A stretch of DNA of 64,000 nt from Candidatus Paceibacter sp. (GTDB lineage Bacteria > Patescibacteriota > Patescibacteriia > Magasanikbacterales > UBA922). A model generated the notes under the pieces. It saw only the letters and a list, made by a program, of their open reading frames with translations, was not told the origin of the DNA and did no database searches. The stretch covers positions 2,190 through 66,189 of the forward strand of contig DYFM01000006.1 of assembly GCA_020725175.1 (NCBI GenBank). The letters run 5' to 3'. Made by a program: the position numbers and the translations under genes. Below, piece by piece: positions 1 through 10,373 of the stretch (position 1 is the stretch's first letter; every line of letters begins with the position of its first letter).

Positions 1-131
1 CGATGATAAGAATAAAATATGTATTTTTAGCGATTTTACAGGCATAGTATAGCACAAAAAATCGCGTTTGTCAATCAGATGTTATAGATAACACAACCGT
101 ATCATTCACGATACGGTTGGTATATCTTCTT

Positions 132-1466
132 TTACATGATACTTACCTGCTCAACATCGATACTCACACGACCATCTGTTTCCAAGCCACGGTAGTTCAG
201 CCGCAAATTCTGATCGACCGCTCCGTTTACTTCCACATACTTATTTACCGCTCGATACAAAACAATCTGTTGAGTTTGATTGCCATGTTGTATGGTGACA
301 AGCGCGAGATCATTAGTAGCAAATGTTGGTGTTATGGTTGTTCCATTGGTCAACTGAATCTGCTTATTGAGACACACTCGAAATATCTGGTCAGCAACAC
401 CATTGACATGTTGACACGTGCTCGTTTGTTTTGGTTCTACCCGTAGTACCGCTTTCCCTTCGGCACTTTCTCCAAGATAGGTTACCACAATAGTTTGATT
501 GTTTACAGAAGAAAGTAATTCCAACTTTTGTCCTACAGCAGTAAAGCTCCAAACCGTTCGTTGCGCGTTACCAATTTGCAAGGTAGCTGTATTTGGAGAA
601 ACACTGGTCGGACGAAGCGATATCATACTATCCGCATGAGTAAATGTCTCTTTCTCACAGAGATATACAACCGGACCATTCCCTACGATATTTCCACAAA
701 CAACTGGTGGCGGGGTTGATGTTTTCTTCGTTTCAAAACGTAAGAAAATTGGAATAATATCGTCTACCTCAACCGGCATATTTGGAACAGCAGAAATTCC
801 ATCATTATTTCGAACAAACGCAACCAACATAGAATACTTCCCACGGTAGTAATCAGTCACAGTAAAATGAAATGAGTTACTGCCGGTAAAGTTGACCAGT
901 TTGGCAAGAGCTGCTACTGTTGTTTGAGTATACTTTTGAGTATCCTTGGTATCTGACGTCCAAGCAAACGCATAGGATAATGAACCACCTGTTTCCGGAC
1001 TTGCCTCTACCAACAGACTGGTCAAATTATTTTTCACCAATTGATATGTCAAGTTGCTTCCAAAACTCAATCCATCTTGATACGAAGTATATGTGCGTGG
1101 CACTCCGGTATTTGGCATTTTGTGAAGCACTTCAAGCTTGGCCAATTCGGGTTGTGCAACCGGTGGCAAACTTGGAGTAGGCGGAAGGTTGACAGGTTTC
1201 CATGAAACAAAATACGTGGTACTTGATGTACAGGAATACGTATACTGCTTTATACCATTTCCTAAGTCTTTCGTCCCATTTAGTAGTGTATAATCTGAAC
1301 CAGATGCAAGAGTGATATAAATTCCACCGGAAATATCCACGCACGATTGTACACTAACTGGATTTCCACCACTTTCCGGCAATGAAACTGCCTTCGTAAT
1401 AAGCGGTGTTACCACTAAAAGGATTGCTATTGCTCCAAAAGCGATATATGTTGTTATTTTTTTCAT
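132..1466 (-). CDS. secreted hypothetical protein (signal peptide, Cys-containing repeated beta-rich modules)
   Basis: 444-aa ORF; MKK plus hydrophobic signal peptide; two similar C-terminal modules (C..G....V.lC). Confidence 0.7.
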   Translation of the reverse strand: MKKITTYIAFGAIAILLVVTPLITKAVSLPESGGNPVSVQSCVDISGGIYITLASGSDYTLLNGTKDLGNGIKQYTYSCTSSTTYFVSWKPVNLPPTPSLPPVAQPELAKLEVLHKMPNTGVPRTYTSYQDGLSFGSNLTYQLVKNNLTSLLVEASPETGGSLSYAFAWTSDTKDTQKYTQTTVAALAKLVNFTGSNSFHFTVTDYYRGKYSMLVAFVRNNDGISAVPNMPVEVDDIIPIFLRFETKKTSTPPPVVCGNIVGNGPVVYLCEKETFTHADSMISLRPTSVSPNTATLQIGNAQRTVWSFTAVGQKLELLSSVNNQTIVVTYLGESAEGKAVLRVEPKQTSTCQHVNGVADQIFRVCLNKQIQLTNGTTITPTFATNDLALVTIQHGNQTQQIVLYRAVNKYVEVNGAVDQNLRLNYRGLETDGRVSIDVEQVSIM

Positions 1467-1633
1467 ATTGTAAGATTAATAGTAAGAAAAGTAACAGATA
1501 CGATAGGTTTGCGATCGCTATCACCTATAGCTAACGCTGATCCGTTTTTTTTGTGACGATATACCCATCTGATCTAAGGCATATCGACATGAACTATTTT
1601 TTTTTTGCTATATTTAGCTTTTTTTAATGAATT

Positions 1634-1782
1634 TCCCCGCCGCACGTGTCCGCCTTACCTGTCCGCCTGGGGTGGAGGGTGGAAGCGGACGGGGTACCAC
1701 TATAGGAAAATCCGTAGCAAGCTACGGGGAATAAGACCCGCTTCCGCCTTGCTGTGCACGCCTGGGGCTGTGGACGGATTCA
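1634..1782. repeat. composite REP-like element, copy 1 (contains nested 18-bp hairpin insertions)
   Basis: ccccgccgca...agcggacggggta, ccgtagcaagctacgggga and tgcacgcctggggctgtggacggatt; shared with 23830-23980 and 49107-49167. Confidence 0.75.
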
Positions 1783-1954
1783 GAACATGTCTCTTCTCTT
1801 TTTAGTATACCCCCTAGGTACAATCTATCAACCACTTGTATCGACCTGTTTCATTGATGAGGACGTACAGAATAAAAAAATAGCTTATTTCAGCTATTTT
1901 TATTTACCGCGTCTTTTGAAGGAGTATTTTTTTGAAACTTGAATCACCTTTTTT

Positions 1955-2368
1955 CTACTTCTTATCTACATCCTCAAGAAACTCATGATATGCCTTCTCG
2001 TCGTCATATGGTAAAAAATCATCATGATAATTTGGTGGACGAAATCCCGGTTTTTTGGCATGTTGAATACCGCACCAATATCGTTCAGTTGCACCAGCAA
2101 TAGCAGCCGCGTATTGAAACAAACCATTAACATATCCACAGTACATACAATTGAACTTCTCTAAAGGATTCAGGTAAGCCAACTTATGTCGATCAACTGT
2201 CACATACGTTCCACGAGATACGTACGACAATCCGTACAAAGGAAAACAAACTCTGTGATATATTTCCATACATATGTCAAACAGCACAATCGGAATAATC
2301 ATACCATATATAAAGGGTGCTGAAATGAAATGTCGCACAAACCGCTGCTGATGTTTTTTAAATTCCAT
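1955..2368 (-). CDS. conserved hypothetical membrane protein (NCxYCGYxNG / ERYWC motifs)
   Basis: 137-aa ORF with one TM segment and a Cys-rich motif. Confidence 0.7.
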   Translation of the reverse strand: MEFKKHQQRFVRHFISAPFIYGMIIPIVLFDICMEIYHRVCFPLYGLSYVSRGTYVTVDRHKLAYLNPLEKFNCMYCGYVNGLFQYAAAIAGATERYWCGIQHAKKPGFRPPNYHDDFLPYDDEKAYHEFLEDVDKK

Positions 2369-2377
2369 AGAAGATGT

Positions 2378-3529
2378 TTAGGAGATGGAAATAACGATCT
2401 GATGTAATTTTTGTGCGGATTGTATCCAAGAAAATTTCTTTGCTTGTCCCAACCCTCGCTGAATGTACCTCGTTCTTGTTTCTAAACTATTCATAATTCT
2501 TTCCAATCCCTGAGTCAACTCATCAACACAAAGCGGATTGATAAGATATGCTGCGCCACTGGTAACTTCCGGTAATGACGTGCGATTGGTAGTAATAACC
2601 GACGTCCCGGCAGACATCGCTTCGAGTACCGGCATTCCAAACCCTTCATATAAACTTGGGTACACGAGGCAAAGAGCTCGTTCATACAAACCCGGCTTAT
2701 CTTCTTCCGCCACATATCCGAGGTACTGTACACCGGGTGTTTTTTTTATGAGAGAATGAAGTGACCTATTTTTCCATCCAGGGGCGCCTGCCAATATACA
2801 CGCAATTCCTTTTTTTTGCAACTGTAAAACTGAATATGCCTCAAGTAACACCTCTACATGTTTTCGTGGCTCGAGCGCTCCCACAAAAAGAAGATATTGT
2901 TCTGGTAATTGATACTTCTTTTGCAGGTCATTGAAGGAACTCGTACTTTTTAACGACGGTACTCCAGGATAGACAACCTGAATTCGCTCTTCGGAAATAT
3001 GAAATGTGCGCAGTACATCCATTTTTGTTGCTTGAGAAGGGACGATGATAGCATGAGCAGATTCTGCTCGTTTTTTCGGTCGAAGTAACCAATGCCGCAA
3101 GCGTTGCTTTCGCGTGTAACACTCCGGCAGATGCTCAAACGACAAATCATGAATCGTTTGCACATGCACTACACCTTTCCGAAGAGAAGTAAAATGAAGA
3201 TTGGGAGAGAAAAACACTGAAATCCGTTCTTCTGATCCGATCCAACCCTCCTTTCGCGCTTGCTGTTCGACTACGAAATCGATTGGTAGCACCTTCAACC
3301 ACTGTACTACGTGAAACAGTTTATTTGGTATTCGGGTTTTGATCACATGAACATTTGCCTGATCCCAAACCGGAACTATACCCGAAACATCCTTCCAAGA
3401 ATTGTAAAACAAAAAATACTGACTCGTCGTATCATGTAAAAAAAGAGCGTTGAGAAGCTCGTGAGTATACCTACCTACTCCGGTCCGATTTTGTTCTGTG
3501 AGACATCGGATGTCGATGGCGATGTTCAT
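2378..3529 (-). CDS. glycosyltransferase family 4 (GT-B, MtfB-like)
   Basis: TGVGRY, TIHDL, EPRK, YPSLYEGFGMPVLEAM motifs. Confidence 0.92.
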   Translation of the reverse strand: MNIAIDIRCLTEQNRTGVGRYTHELLNALFLHDTTSQYFLFYNSWKDVSGIVPVWDQANVHVIKTRIPNKLFHVVQWLKVLPIDFVVEQQARKEGWIGSEERISVFFSPNLHFTSLRKGVVHVQTIHDLSFEHLPECYTRKQRLRHWLLRPKKRAESAHAIIVPSQATKMDVLRTFHISEERIQVVYPGVPSLKSTSSFNDLQKKYQLPEQYLLFVGALEPRKHVEVLLEAYSVLQLQKKGIACILAGAPGWKNRSLHSLIKKTPGVQYLGYVAEEDKPGLYERALCLVYPSLYEGFGMPVLEAMSAGTSVITTNRTSLPEVTSGAAYLINPLCVDELTQGLERIMNSLETRTRYIQRGLGQAKKFSWIQSAQKLHQIVISIS

Positions 3530-3622
3530 AATTTTATCGAAACAGCGAAATGACGAAATAAAGAAATAAGGTAATAGTTATGAAAGTACAATTACTAGAA
3601 CATACAATGAACATTTAATCTG

Positions 3623-3670
3623 TTTCGTTATTTCGTTATTTCGTTATTTCGTTATTTCGTTATTTCGTTG
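3623..3670 (+). repeat. 8-bp tandem repeat (tttcgtta)x~6; right arm of a fold-back array starting ~3538
   Basis: direct reading; complementary cgaaa units at 3538-3570. Confidence 0.9.
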
Positions 3671-3675
3671 TTTCT

Positions 3676-4359
3676 TTATTTCGATACAACAACCGCATAC
3701 CATGTATAAAATCCATATACTCCTCCCCCACTCCAAAAATCCAACAGTTCTTCTTCAGAAAGCGTCCGATTTCCCGGTAGCACCCCATTATCATCCACAG
3801 TTAACCCACTCTCTCCCGCATCATGCCACGAATCATATACATAAAATTCCTTATCTTCAAAATGAAAACCAACCAAAGTAAGATAATGTTGTACGCCTTT
3901 TTTCTCTCCCAGCAGAATAATCGGTTGTCCAGCAGATAAATTTGAGCGTAAAAACGCAATTCGTTCACTATCGGTAATAGATGCATCATGAAGTCGGAAA
4001 GATTCTGGAATAAAATCCATTTCTCTCAGCGCCTGTTCGATTCCCAGTGGATGAGTACCGTAGCGGGGAATTTGGTACGAAATTGTAGCGGCAACTTTTT
4101 CAGAGGAAATATCATTCTTTCCCAAAACTCTTGCAACCGCCGCCACACTATAGGGTCCACAGGTCGTACCGGTTTGAAGATAGTTAAACGCTGAAGGATA
4201 ATTCAACGCGACCACATCTCGCGATTCAGTAAACACCGGAGGGATCTCCCGTGTACCAGAAAAAAGTCCACTATAATAAAAAACAAACCAAGCGAAAAAG
4301 AAAAGGAGAGGGATGGAAATTGATTGTAGAATAAAAACAATATTGACCGGTGAACGCAT
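3676..4359 (-). CDS. C39-like (papain-fold) peptidase with N-terminal TM anchor
   Basis: Q..TCGP nucleophile motif, QHY, YDS; start placed at MRSPV right after the upstream stop. Confidence 0.75.
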   Translation of the reverse strand: MRSPVNIVFILQSISIPLLFFFAWFVFYYSGLFSGTREIPPVFTESRDVVALNYPSAFNYLQTGTTCGPYSVAAVARVLGKNDISSEKVAATISYQIPRYGTHPLGIEQALREMDFIPESFRLHDASITDSERIAFLRSNLSAGQPIILLGEKKGVQHYLTLVGFHFEDKEFYVYDSWHDAGESGLTVDDNGVLPGNRTLSEEELLDFWSGGGVYGFYTWYAVVVSK

Positions 4360-4360
4360 A

Positions 4361-5494
4361 CTAATGAAGTGGTAGCTGACACTGATTGAGCCCTTGTTTA
4401 TGTTCTTCGTACACTGATTCAACGTACCCTCTCATTCGTTTTTTAAAATGTGTTTCATCAAACGACTCCGCCCATGTACGAATTTTTTTCGTATCCCATT
4501 GTTCAGGCTTAAATGATAAAATAACATGAAGAAGTGTTTCCCACTCTTGCCGATAAAACAACTGACCAGTCAGTCCCGGAATTACCGTCTCAGTAGCGCC
4601 ACCAACACCATACGCAATGACCGGACGACCACTCGCCATAGACTCAACAACCGTGAGACCAAAATCCTCTACTTGAGGATTGAGAAACGCCAGCGCATGT
4701 CGCATAAGATGAGCTTTTTTGGTTTCCGAAACACGTCCCAAAAATTCAATGTTTGGTTTGGCATACTTCTTCAACGTATTGAGAGCCGGCCCATCGCCAA
4801 AAATTTTTAACGGTGTTCCGAGACGGTTGAATACTTGGATCAAAAGATCAAACCGTTTGTATGGTACCACTCTTCCTCCGGCTAAAAAATAATTTCCCAA
4901 CGTTTCTGTTTCATCAATCGGAAAAAACGTCGCTGTGTTAATCGGAGGGTATAACAAATCACTTGGACGACGATAATATTTCTGAATCCTCTGTTGCACG
5001 GTACGAGAATTGGCGAGAAACCGGTCAACCCGATCCACACTCATTTTATCCCACAGTCGCCATCGATGAATAAACTGCGGCAAAAGCGACTTAACGATCG
5101 GTCCATAACGCAACTCTTCCAGATATTCATGTGTATCAGTCCACAGGTACCGCGTTGGAGTGTGACAGTAGGAAATATGGAGTGTGTCCGGGCGTGTAAG
5201 CACCCCTTTGGCAAACGCACTGGTTGATGACACCACCACATCAAACTCATGTAAATTATGTCGTTCGGTAGCAATAGGCATGAGCGCGGTATACCATTGA
5301 TAATGTGTCTTTCCAAATGGTAACTTGGCGATAAACGACTCTCGTACATCACGACCCACAAACTGAGGGAGTTTTTTCCTGTCATGAAACAAGACAAAAA
5401 TAGGCGCTTCCGGCCACAATTCATGAAATGATTGAAGAACACGCTCCGCTCCCCCATCCTGAGAGAGGTAGTCATGCACGAGGGCGATTTTCAT
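4361..5494 (-). CDS. glycosyltransferase family 4
   Basis: MKIALVHDYL..GGAERV, YCHTPTRY, EDFGLTVVESMASG. Confidence 0.93.
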   Translation of the reverse strand: MKIALVHDYLSQDGGAERVLQSFHELWPEAPIFVLFHDRKKLPQFVGRDVRESFIAKLPFGKTHYQWYTALMPIATERHNLHEFDVVVSSTSAFAKGVLTRPDTLHISYCHTPTRYLWTDTHEYLEELRYGPIVKSLLPQFIHRWRLWDKMSVDRVDRFLANSRTVQQRIQKYYRRPSDLLYPPINTATFFPIDETETLGNYFLAGGRVVPYKRFDLLIQVFNRLGTPLKIFGDGPALNTLKKYAKPNIEFLGRVSETKKAHLMRHALAFLNPQVEDFGLTVVESMASGRPVIAYGVGGATETVIPGLTGQLFYRQEWETLLHVILSFKPEQWDTKKIRTWAESFDETHFKKRMRGYVESVYEEHKQGLNQCQLPLH

Positions 5495-5655
5495 AATTAG
5501 TTCGAAATATCGAAACAAAGAAATAGCGAAATAAATTGATTGACATAAAGAAATGTGCGTTATTTCCCCGACCCAGACAGGTCCGCCTTGCCTGTCCGCC
5601 TAGGGTGGGGACGGAGTTACTTCTTTATTTTTTTATTTCTTATTTCATTATTTCG

Positions 5656-7074
5656 TTATTCCACCTTCCGTTTCCGAAACAACACAAATGGTGTTTTAAT
5701 GAAAATAACAAAATCCAACATCACACTCCATTTTTCCGTATAAAAAATATCAAGCTTCACCTCTTCTTCAAAATCAAGGTCACTGCGTCCGGAGATTTGA
5801 GCAAGTCCGGTGATGCCTGGCTTCAACGTAAACACTGTAGGGTACATTGCCTCATACGCCTTCACCTCACGGGGCTGGTGCGGACGTGGCCCGACAATAC
5901 TCATCTCACCTCGCAACACATTCCAAAATTGTGGTAACTCATCTATACTCCAGCGACGAATAAACCGACCAAACGGAGTTACACGTGGATCATTGATAAT
6001 TTTATATATCGGACCTTTACGGCTATTATTCTTCTTGATCAATTCTTGTTCTTTTTTTTCAGCCAATGTTCCGTTTTCTCCAAATTGAGAACCAGTAGAA
6101 TCTTTTTGATACATCGAGCGAAACTTGAGCGTAAAAAATCGTTGCCCCCGAATACCAACTCGTTCATTGCGATAAATTATTGGACGACCGGTTTCAAGAA
6201 GAATCGTGATAGCGGCAACAAGAAATATCGGGCTGGTGAGTATAAGAACAACGATACTCAACAGAATATCAAACAACCGTTTTTCTACTCTTCCCCAGCC
6301 ATCAAGCGGTGTTTTTCGGAGTTCTACCACTGGCACTCCGGCAATGGGGTACATGGTCATATTTCCAGAAAGTGTCGCAAACAAATCGGCTGAATATTTG
6401 AATAAAATATGTCGCAAGTTACAAAACTCAATCGCTTTGAGTGCTTCTTCTTCTCTCCCTCTCGGGTTTGCAAAAACCAGCTCATCCAAGCGTGCTTCGT
6501 GCAATTTTTTTATTGTTGTACCTGTAAATGATTTGTAATTTCCCACCAACTGGTATCCAAGTTCTCGGCGAGTTTGAAATGCCGTGATAATTGTCTCAGC
6601 AACCGCGTCATCTCCAATAACGGCTACTCGACGAAGTCCTAGCCCATGGCGATACATGAGAGATTTTGCTCCTCGTATGAGCAATCTGCCAATACTCACA
6701 TACACTACTGCAAATGCCCATCCGGCTGCCACTAAGAACCGAGAATCAAATTCTTCATTGGCAAACATGACATAAATCGCAACTGCCGCCAATCCGACAG
6801 TACAGGCACTCAGTACGCGTTGCAAATCTTTAGCCATTTTGCGATTTGGATCCGTGGAATAGAGTCCGGCAAAAGCAAAGATAACCAACCAACCCACTCC
6901 TACCAGCCACACAATGTTGAGAAATTCCACTAATGAAAGTTTGAAGAGTACCGGTCGTAGTGTCACCGCCCAATCACTAAATCGAAGGGCATACGCTGAA
7001 ACCCCCGCCAACAATAACATAATAAAATCAATTGGCACCTGGAGAATCATGAGAAAAAGTTCTGCGCGCTTCAT
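5656..7074 (-). CDS. undecaprenyl-phosphate sugar phosphotransferase (WcaJ/WbaP family)
   Basis: 5 TMs plus KRLFD, KFRSM, DPRVT, SIDELPQ, VGPRP, KPGITGLAQ. Confidence 0.95.
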   Translation of the reverse strand: MKRAELFLMILQVPIDFIMLLLAGVSAYALRFSDWAVTLRPVLFKLSLVEFLNIVWLVGVGWLVIFAFAGLYSTDPNRKMAKDLQRVLSACTVGLAAVAIYVMFANEEFDSRFLVAAGWAFAVVYVSIGRLLIRGAKSLMYRHGLGLRRVAVIGDDAVAETIITAFQTRRELGYQLVGNYKSFTGTTIKKLHEARLDELVFANPRGREEEALKAIEFCNLRHILFKYSADLFATLSGNMTMYPIAGVPVVELRKTPLDGWGRVEKRLFDILLSIVVLILTSPIFLVAAITILLETGRPIIYRNERVGIRGQRFFTLKFRSMYQKDSTGSQFGENGTLAEKKEQELIKKNNSRKGPIYKIINDPRVTPFGRFIRRWSIDELPQFWNVLRGEMSIVGPRPHQPREVKAYEAMYPTVFTLKPGITGLAQISGRSDLDFEEEVKLDIFYTEKWSVMLDFVIFIKTPFVLFRKRKVE

Positions 7075-7133
7075 AAAAAAAGAAGTAAAATACGTGCCAC
7101 TATCATACTCCTTTTTTCCTCAGCCGTCAAAGC

Positions 7134-7161
7134 AAAAACCGGCCAATCTGACCGGTTTTTT
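7134..7161 (-). terminator. intrinsic terminator after rnpB
   Basis: aaaaaccgg-ccaatctga-ccggtttttt hairpin with A/T tracts. Confidence 0.7.
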
Positions 7162-7163
7162 AT

Positions 7164-7559
7164 AGACAATTGAGAATAAGCCGAATTTTGTATCCCAAAA
7201 TAATTGGGAGGTAATCATTTCTCTTGCTCTACCATTACTGATAGAGTCATAAACGAGCCAACTTTCCATCCCGACAAGTCGGGACGCTGCTCTTTCTCCA
7301 GGTAGGGTTTACCATCCCGACTGAGTCGGGAAGCATTGTCGCCTTTTATCTAGAACAAAAGACATCAATGCACTTTTCACCTTTCTCCCGACAATGTCGG
7401 GATAGTATTGTCTCTGTGGCACTGTCCCGTTCTATACCTTACGGTATAGAAGGTGGGTGTTACCCACTACCCTTTTCCTCAGTGTTAAACACCAAGAGGA
7501 GTTCGGACTTTCCTCACCACCCCTCGAAAGAGGTGGAGCGATTACCATGTCAATTGTCT
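7164..7559 (-). ncRNA. rnpB: RNase P RNA
   Basis: reverse strand has GAGGAAAGUCCGAAC, AGUGCCACAGAGAC, AAACCCUACCUGGAG, ACAAAAUUCGGCUUA; P1 = AGACAAUUGA/UCAAUUGUCU. Confidence 0.95.
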
Positions 7560-7561
7560 TG

Positions 7562-7644
7562 TGCTCAGGAGAGGATTTGAACCTCCACAGGGCGAACCCC
7601 GCTACCACCTCAAGGTAGTGCGTCTACCATTCCGCCACCTGAGC
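7562..7644 (-). tRNA. tRNA-Leu (GAG)
   Basis: GCTCAGG acceptor stem, CTACC-TTGAGGT-GGTAG anticodon arm, long variable arm, GGTTCAAATCC T-loop. Confidence 0.95.
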
Positions 7645-7744
7645 ATATAATCACCATTGATTACACGGATTCTATCGTGGATTACACAGACACAAAGCAT
7701 CTATCGAATATCAGTGTAATCTACAATAATCAGTGGAATCAATG

Positions 7745-8515
7745 TCAAAATCGCCTTTCTTTCCCCACAATCATGCGGATTCTTCCTTTTGCGAGACGAA
7801 TTTTTATTTTTGTTTCTTTAGATTGTTTTCCATCTGCCATCACCACAAATGGTTTACTGCCTGTCACCAACATTTCTTCAAATGGAAATATACTGGGATC
7901 TTCGTATACTTCTTTGAAAATTCCTTTCCCAATCATTGGACGCAAGAACGCTTCCAGTTTTCCATCCTGCGGGTGTACCACGAGATCCGGTGTTTTGGAA
8001 CGTTTTTTTTCAAACCAATAAAATGGTTGAAGGTTACAAACAACCAGTTCCATTTTGCCGTACTTAGCGGACACGCGAAATCGTTCATCGTACTGCACCT
8101 CAATATCACTCGGTGGAATGTGAAGTTGTGAAATAAAGTAGCGATTGTTCATCCAACCGATATCGAGTGCTACTACCCGACGCCGAGACAACATGTCGCA
8201 TGCTCCAACACCAACCGGTATTCCCAACACCTCAGCAATCGTGTTGTCCGGGCCAATCGGTAAAAACCCAAACGTGGTATCACACGTAGCCGCGTGAGAA
8301 AGAACTTGGCCAAACGTGGCATCGTTTCCAACAATAACCACGGTTTTAGCTCCGCGCTTGATCTCGTCGGTTATCACTGCTTCGGCACTGGTATAGTGCT
8401 GTAGCCGCAATATTTTACCAGCAATTCCATAATCTGTCAACCGTGTTTCCACCGCTTTTATGACCGCGTCAAACTTTTTTTGACGCAAAAAATTGTCGTA
8501 CAGATACACATACAT
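7745..8515 (-). CDS. diacylglycerol kinase-like (YegS/DAGK fold) protein
   Basis: VIVGNDAT (degenerate GGDGT), LPIG..N.IA..LGI, ADG. Confidence 0.7.
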   Translation of the reverse strand: MYVYLYDNFLRQKKFDAVIKAVETRLTDYGIAGKILRLQHYTSAEAVITDEIKRGAKTVVIVGNDATFGQVLSHAATCDTTFGFLPIGPDNTIAEVLGIPVGVGACDMLSRRRVVALDIGWMNNRYFISQLHIPPSDIEVQYDERFRVSAKYGKMELVVCNLQPFYWFEKKRSKTPDLVVHPQDGKLEAFLRPMIGKGIFKEVYEDPSIFPFEEMLVTGSKPFVVMADGKQSKETKIKIRLAKGRIRMIVGKERRF

Positions 8516-8533
8516 AGCGGTGTCGTCTAGAGA

Positions 8534-9046
8534 TTAGACTGTATCCTCATCCCCTCCCTCTTCTTCAAGTGACATAGTATCCTCTACCGGACGTCTGGTT
8601 CGCGCTCGAGCACCTACTCGACGCTTTTCTCCCGGTACATCTATATCCAATCCGTCCATAGAAATTTTTCCCTGAATCAAAGCCCCTGGCTGTACCGCGA
8701 GACTACTGCAATATACATCACCCAAAATCTGCGCCGAACTGGTAATTTCGAGCTTTTCAGCGACCCGAATATTTCCTTTTACCTGTCCGGAAATAACCGC
8801 GTTAGCCGCCTTAACACTCGCATTGATACGAGCACCTTGCTCTATATGCACCGTCTGACTGGTTTCCACACTTCCAGTAACCGATCCTTTGATAATGATA
8901 TTTCCCTCAGAAGTAAAGTCTCCTTCTACATTCATGGATGGACCAACGACAGTTTCCACAGAATCTTGCTCATATGTATGTCGAGTAGGCTCTTCATCAA
9001 ATGAAGGACTGGAAGAAAAGTTTGAAGCAGAAGGTTTTTGAAACAT
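8534..9046 (-). CDS. bactofilin (polymer-forming cytoskeletal protein)
   Basis: ETVVGPSMNVEGDF..GNIII.G.V.G beta-helix repeats; start at MFQKP. Confidence 0.9.
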   Translation of the reverse strand: MFQKPSASNFSSSPSFDEEPTRHTYEQDSVETVVGPSMNVEGDFTSEGNIIIKGSVTGSVETSQTVHIEQGARINASVKAANAVISGQVKGNIRVAEKLEITSSAQILGDVYCSSLAVQPGALIQGKISMDGLDIDVPGEKRRVGARARTRRPVEDTMSLEEEGGDEDTV

Positions 9047-9144
9047 AAAAAAGGAGTTAAAAAACGTATACCACACAGTATACGTCAAAAATAAAAAAAA
9101 GACAATAATCTATTGAATACGAAAATTGTTCACCGAAAGTATTC

Positions 9145-10368
9145 TTACTGCTTATGACGCAATCTCTTCTCCAGTACTTGTGAATTCAGGTGATACAAGA
9201 ACTGAAAAAACATACCATAGAGCGGTGGTAAAGATGAAACAAGAGTTTTCAGCTCTTCATTTTTTTGTGCAATCTTTTCATGATCACTTGCCAACCACAC
9301 TTGTTTGACGTCTTCGAGGTAGGTGTGAAACAAGACTTTAAGTTCTCCGGTTTTTATGGGAGTTTTCATTACGCTATCAACTACTTTTTGTCCTCCTAAG
9401 CTAACAATATTTGAAGAATCAATTTTTTCCGTACCCTCTTTTTCCAACATATTATAAACAAAAGTCTTCGCGAACTGAACCAGCTCTTTCGGTAACGAAT
9501 ATTGCAGTACGTCCTCCTTGGTATCGACCAAAGCCAGTTCCCGAAGCGCTACCACGAACTCTTTTTTTACAGAATCTGGTTGTAAGCGATCAGGTTTATC
9601 ATACAACTGAAGCAACGACTGAAATCGTGAAGGAATTTTTTTTGCAAAAGATTCAAGTGCGGTAGTCACGCCACTGTCGTGAAGCCATGCGGTAAATTCT
9701 TTATACGCCACCATAAGTTCACGCAAAGTCACCCGAATATACTGATGTGCCAACTCTCGCTGACTAACATCTTGATATAAAACTTCTCTCTGACGTCCTT
9801 TTGAATCAGAATATCTCAACCAGTGCTGATATATATCTACCTGCCGAGGACCGCCCATTTGGACTGTACCGCCGGATTCTGTTTTATCTCCTTCTCCAAA
9901 AATCTCAATATCAACCGGAAGACCGTTATATTCTCCGGCAACTGCCAATCGAGTACTTTCACCGTATATATCTACTTCTTCACGTCCCAAAGATAGCCCA
10001 TATTTCTCTAGTATTGTCTTACCCTTCGATCCAGAAAAAAAATGAAAAATTTGAAATACCGCATCTCGTGTGGTAAAAATATCCAAATCATTTGATTCGA
10101 CCCCGTGCTTTCCTTTTCCCACTTTTGCTACACTACAAGATACCGCCCAGTCTTCTACCCCAAGCAACTCTAAAATAGCAACCAACTCAGCGTAAAATTC
10201 AAGATACTGAACAGGCATGATGTCATGAAGCGGATCTTCTTGAGAACGCATATCAAACAGGCGATTTCCTTCTTTTGTGGCATGGCCTTCTGGTTTTTGG
10301 TCTTGTGACTGGTTTACGTCAGGCTCAACAGCATACAAACTTTCAATTGAAGGGGCGGATCCTAACAT
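9145..10368 (-). CDS. hypothetical protein, possible nucleotidyltransferase fold
   Basis: 407-aa ORF; WAVSCSVA...NDLDIF...DIEIF resembles the hG[GS]..DhDh motif. Confidence 0.5.
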   Translation of the reverse strand: MLGSAPSIESLYAVEPDVNQSQDQKPEGHATKEGNRLFDMRSQEDPLHDIMPVQYLEFYAELVAILELLGVEDWAVSCSVAKVGKGKHGVESNDLDIFTTRDAVFQIFHFFSGSKGKTILEKYGLSLGREEVDIYGESTRLAVAGEYNGLPVDIEIFGEGDKTESGGTVQMGGPRQVDIYQHWLRYSDSKGRQREVLYQDVSQRELAHQYIRVTLRELMVAYKEFTAWLHDSGVTTALESFAKKIPSRFQSLLQLYDKPDRLQPDSVKKEFVVALRELALVDTKEDVLQYSLPKELVQFAKTFVYNMLEKEGTEKIDSSNIVSLGGQKVVDSVMKTPIKTGELKVLFHTYLEDVKQVWLASDHEKIAQKNEELKTLVSSLPPLYGMFFQFLYHLNSQVLEKRLRHKQ

Positions 10369-10373
10369 ATCAA

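Noticed and set aside
1495-1592. Possible riboswitch upstream of the first gene
   Set aside because: Two modest hairpins but no recognisable aptamer consensus.
1802-1821. TACCCCCTAGGTA resembling a CsoR-type operator
   Set aside because: Weak symmetry and no metal-homeostasis gene adjacent.
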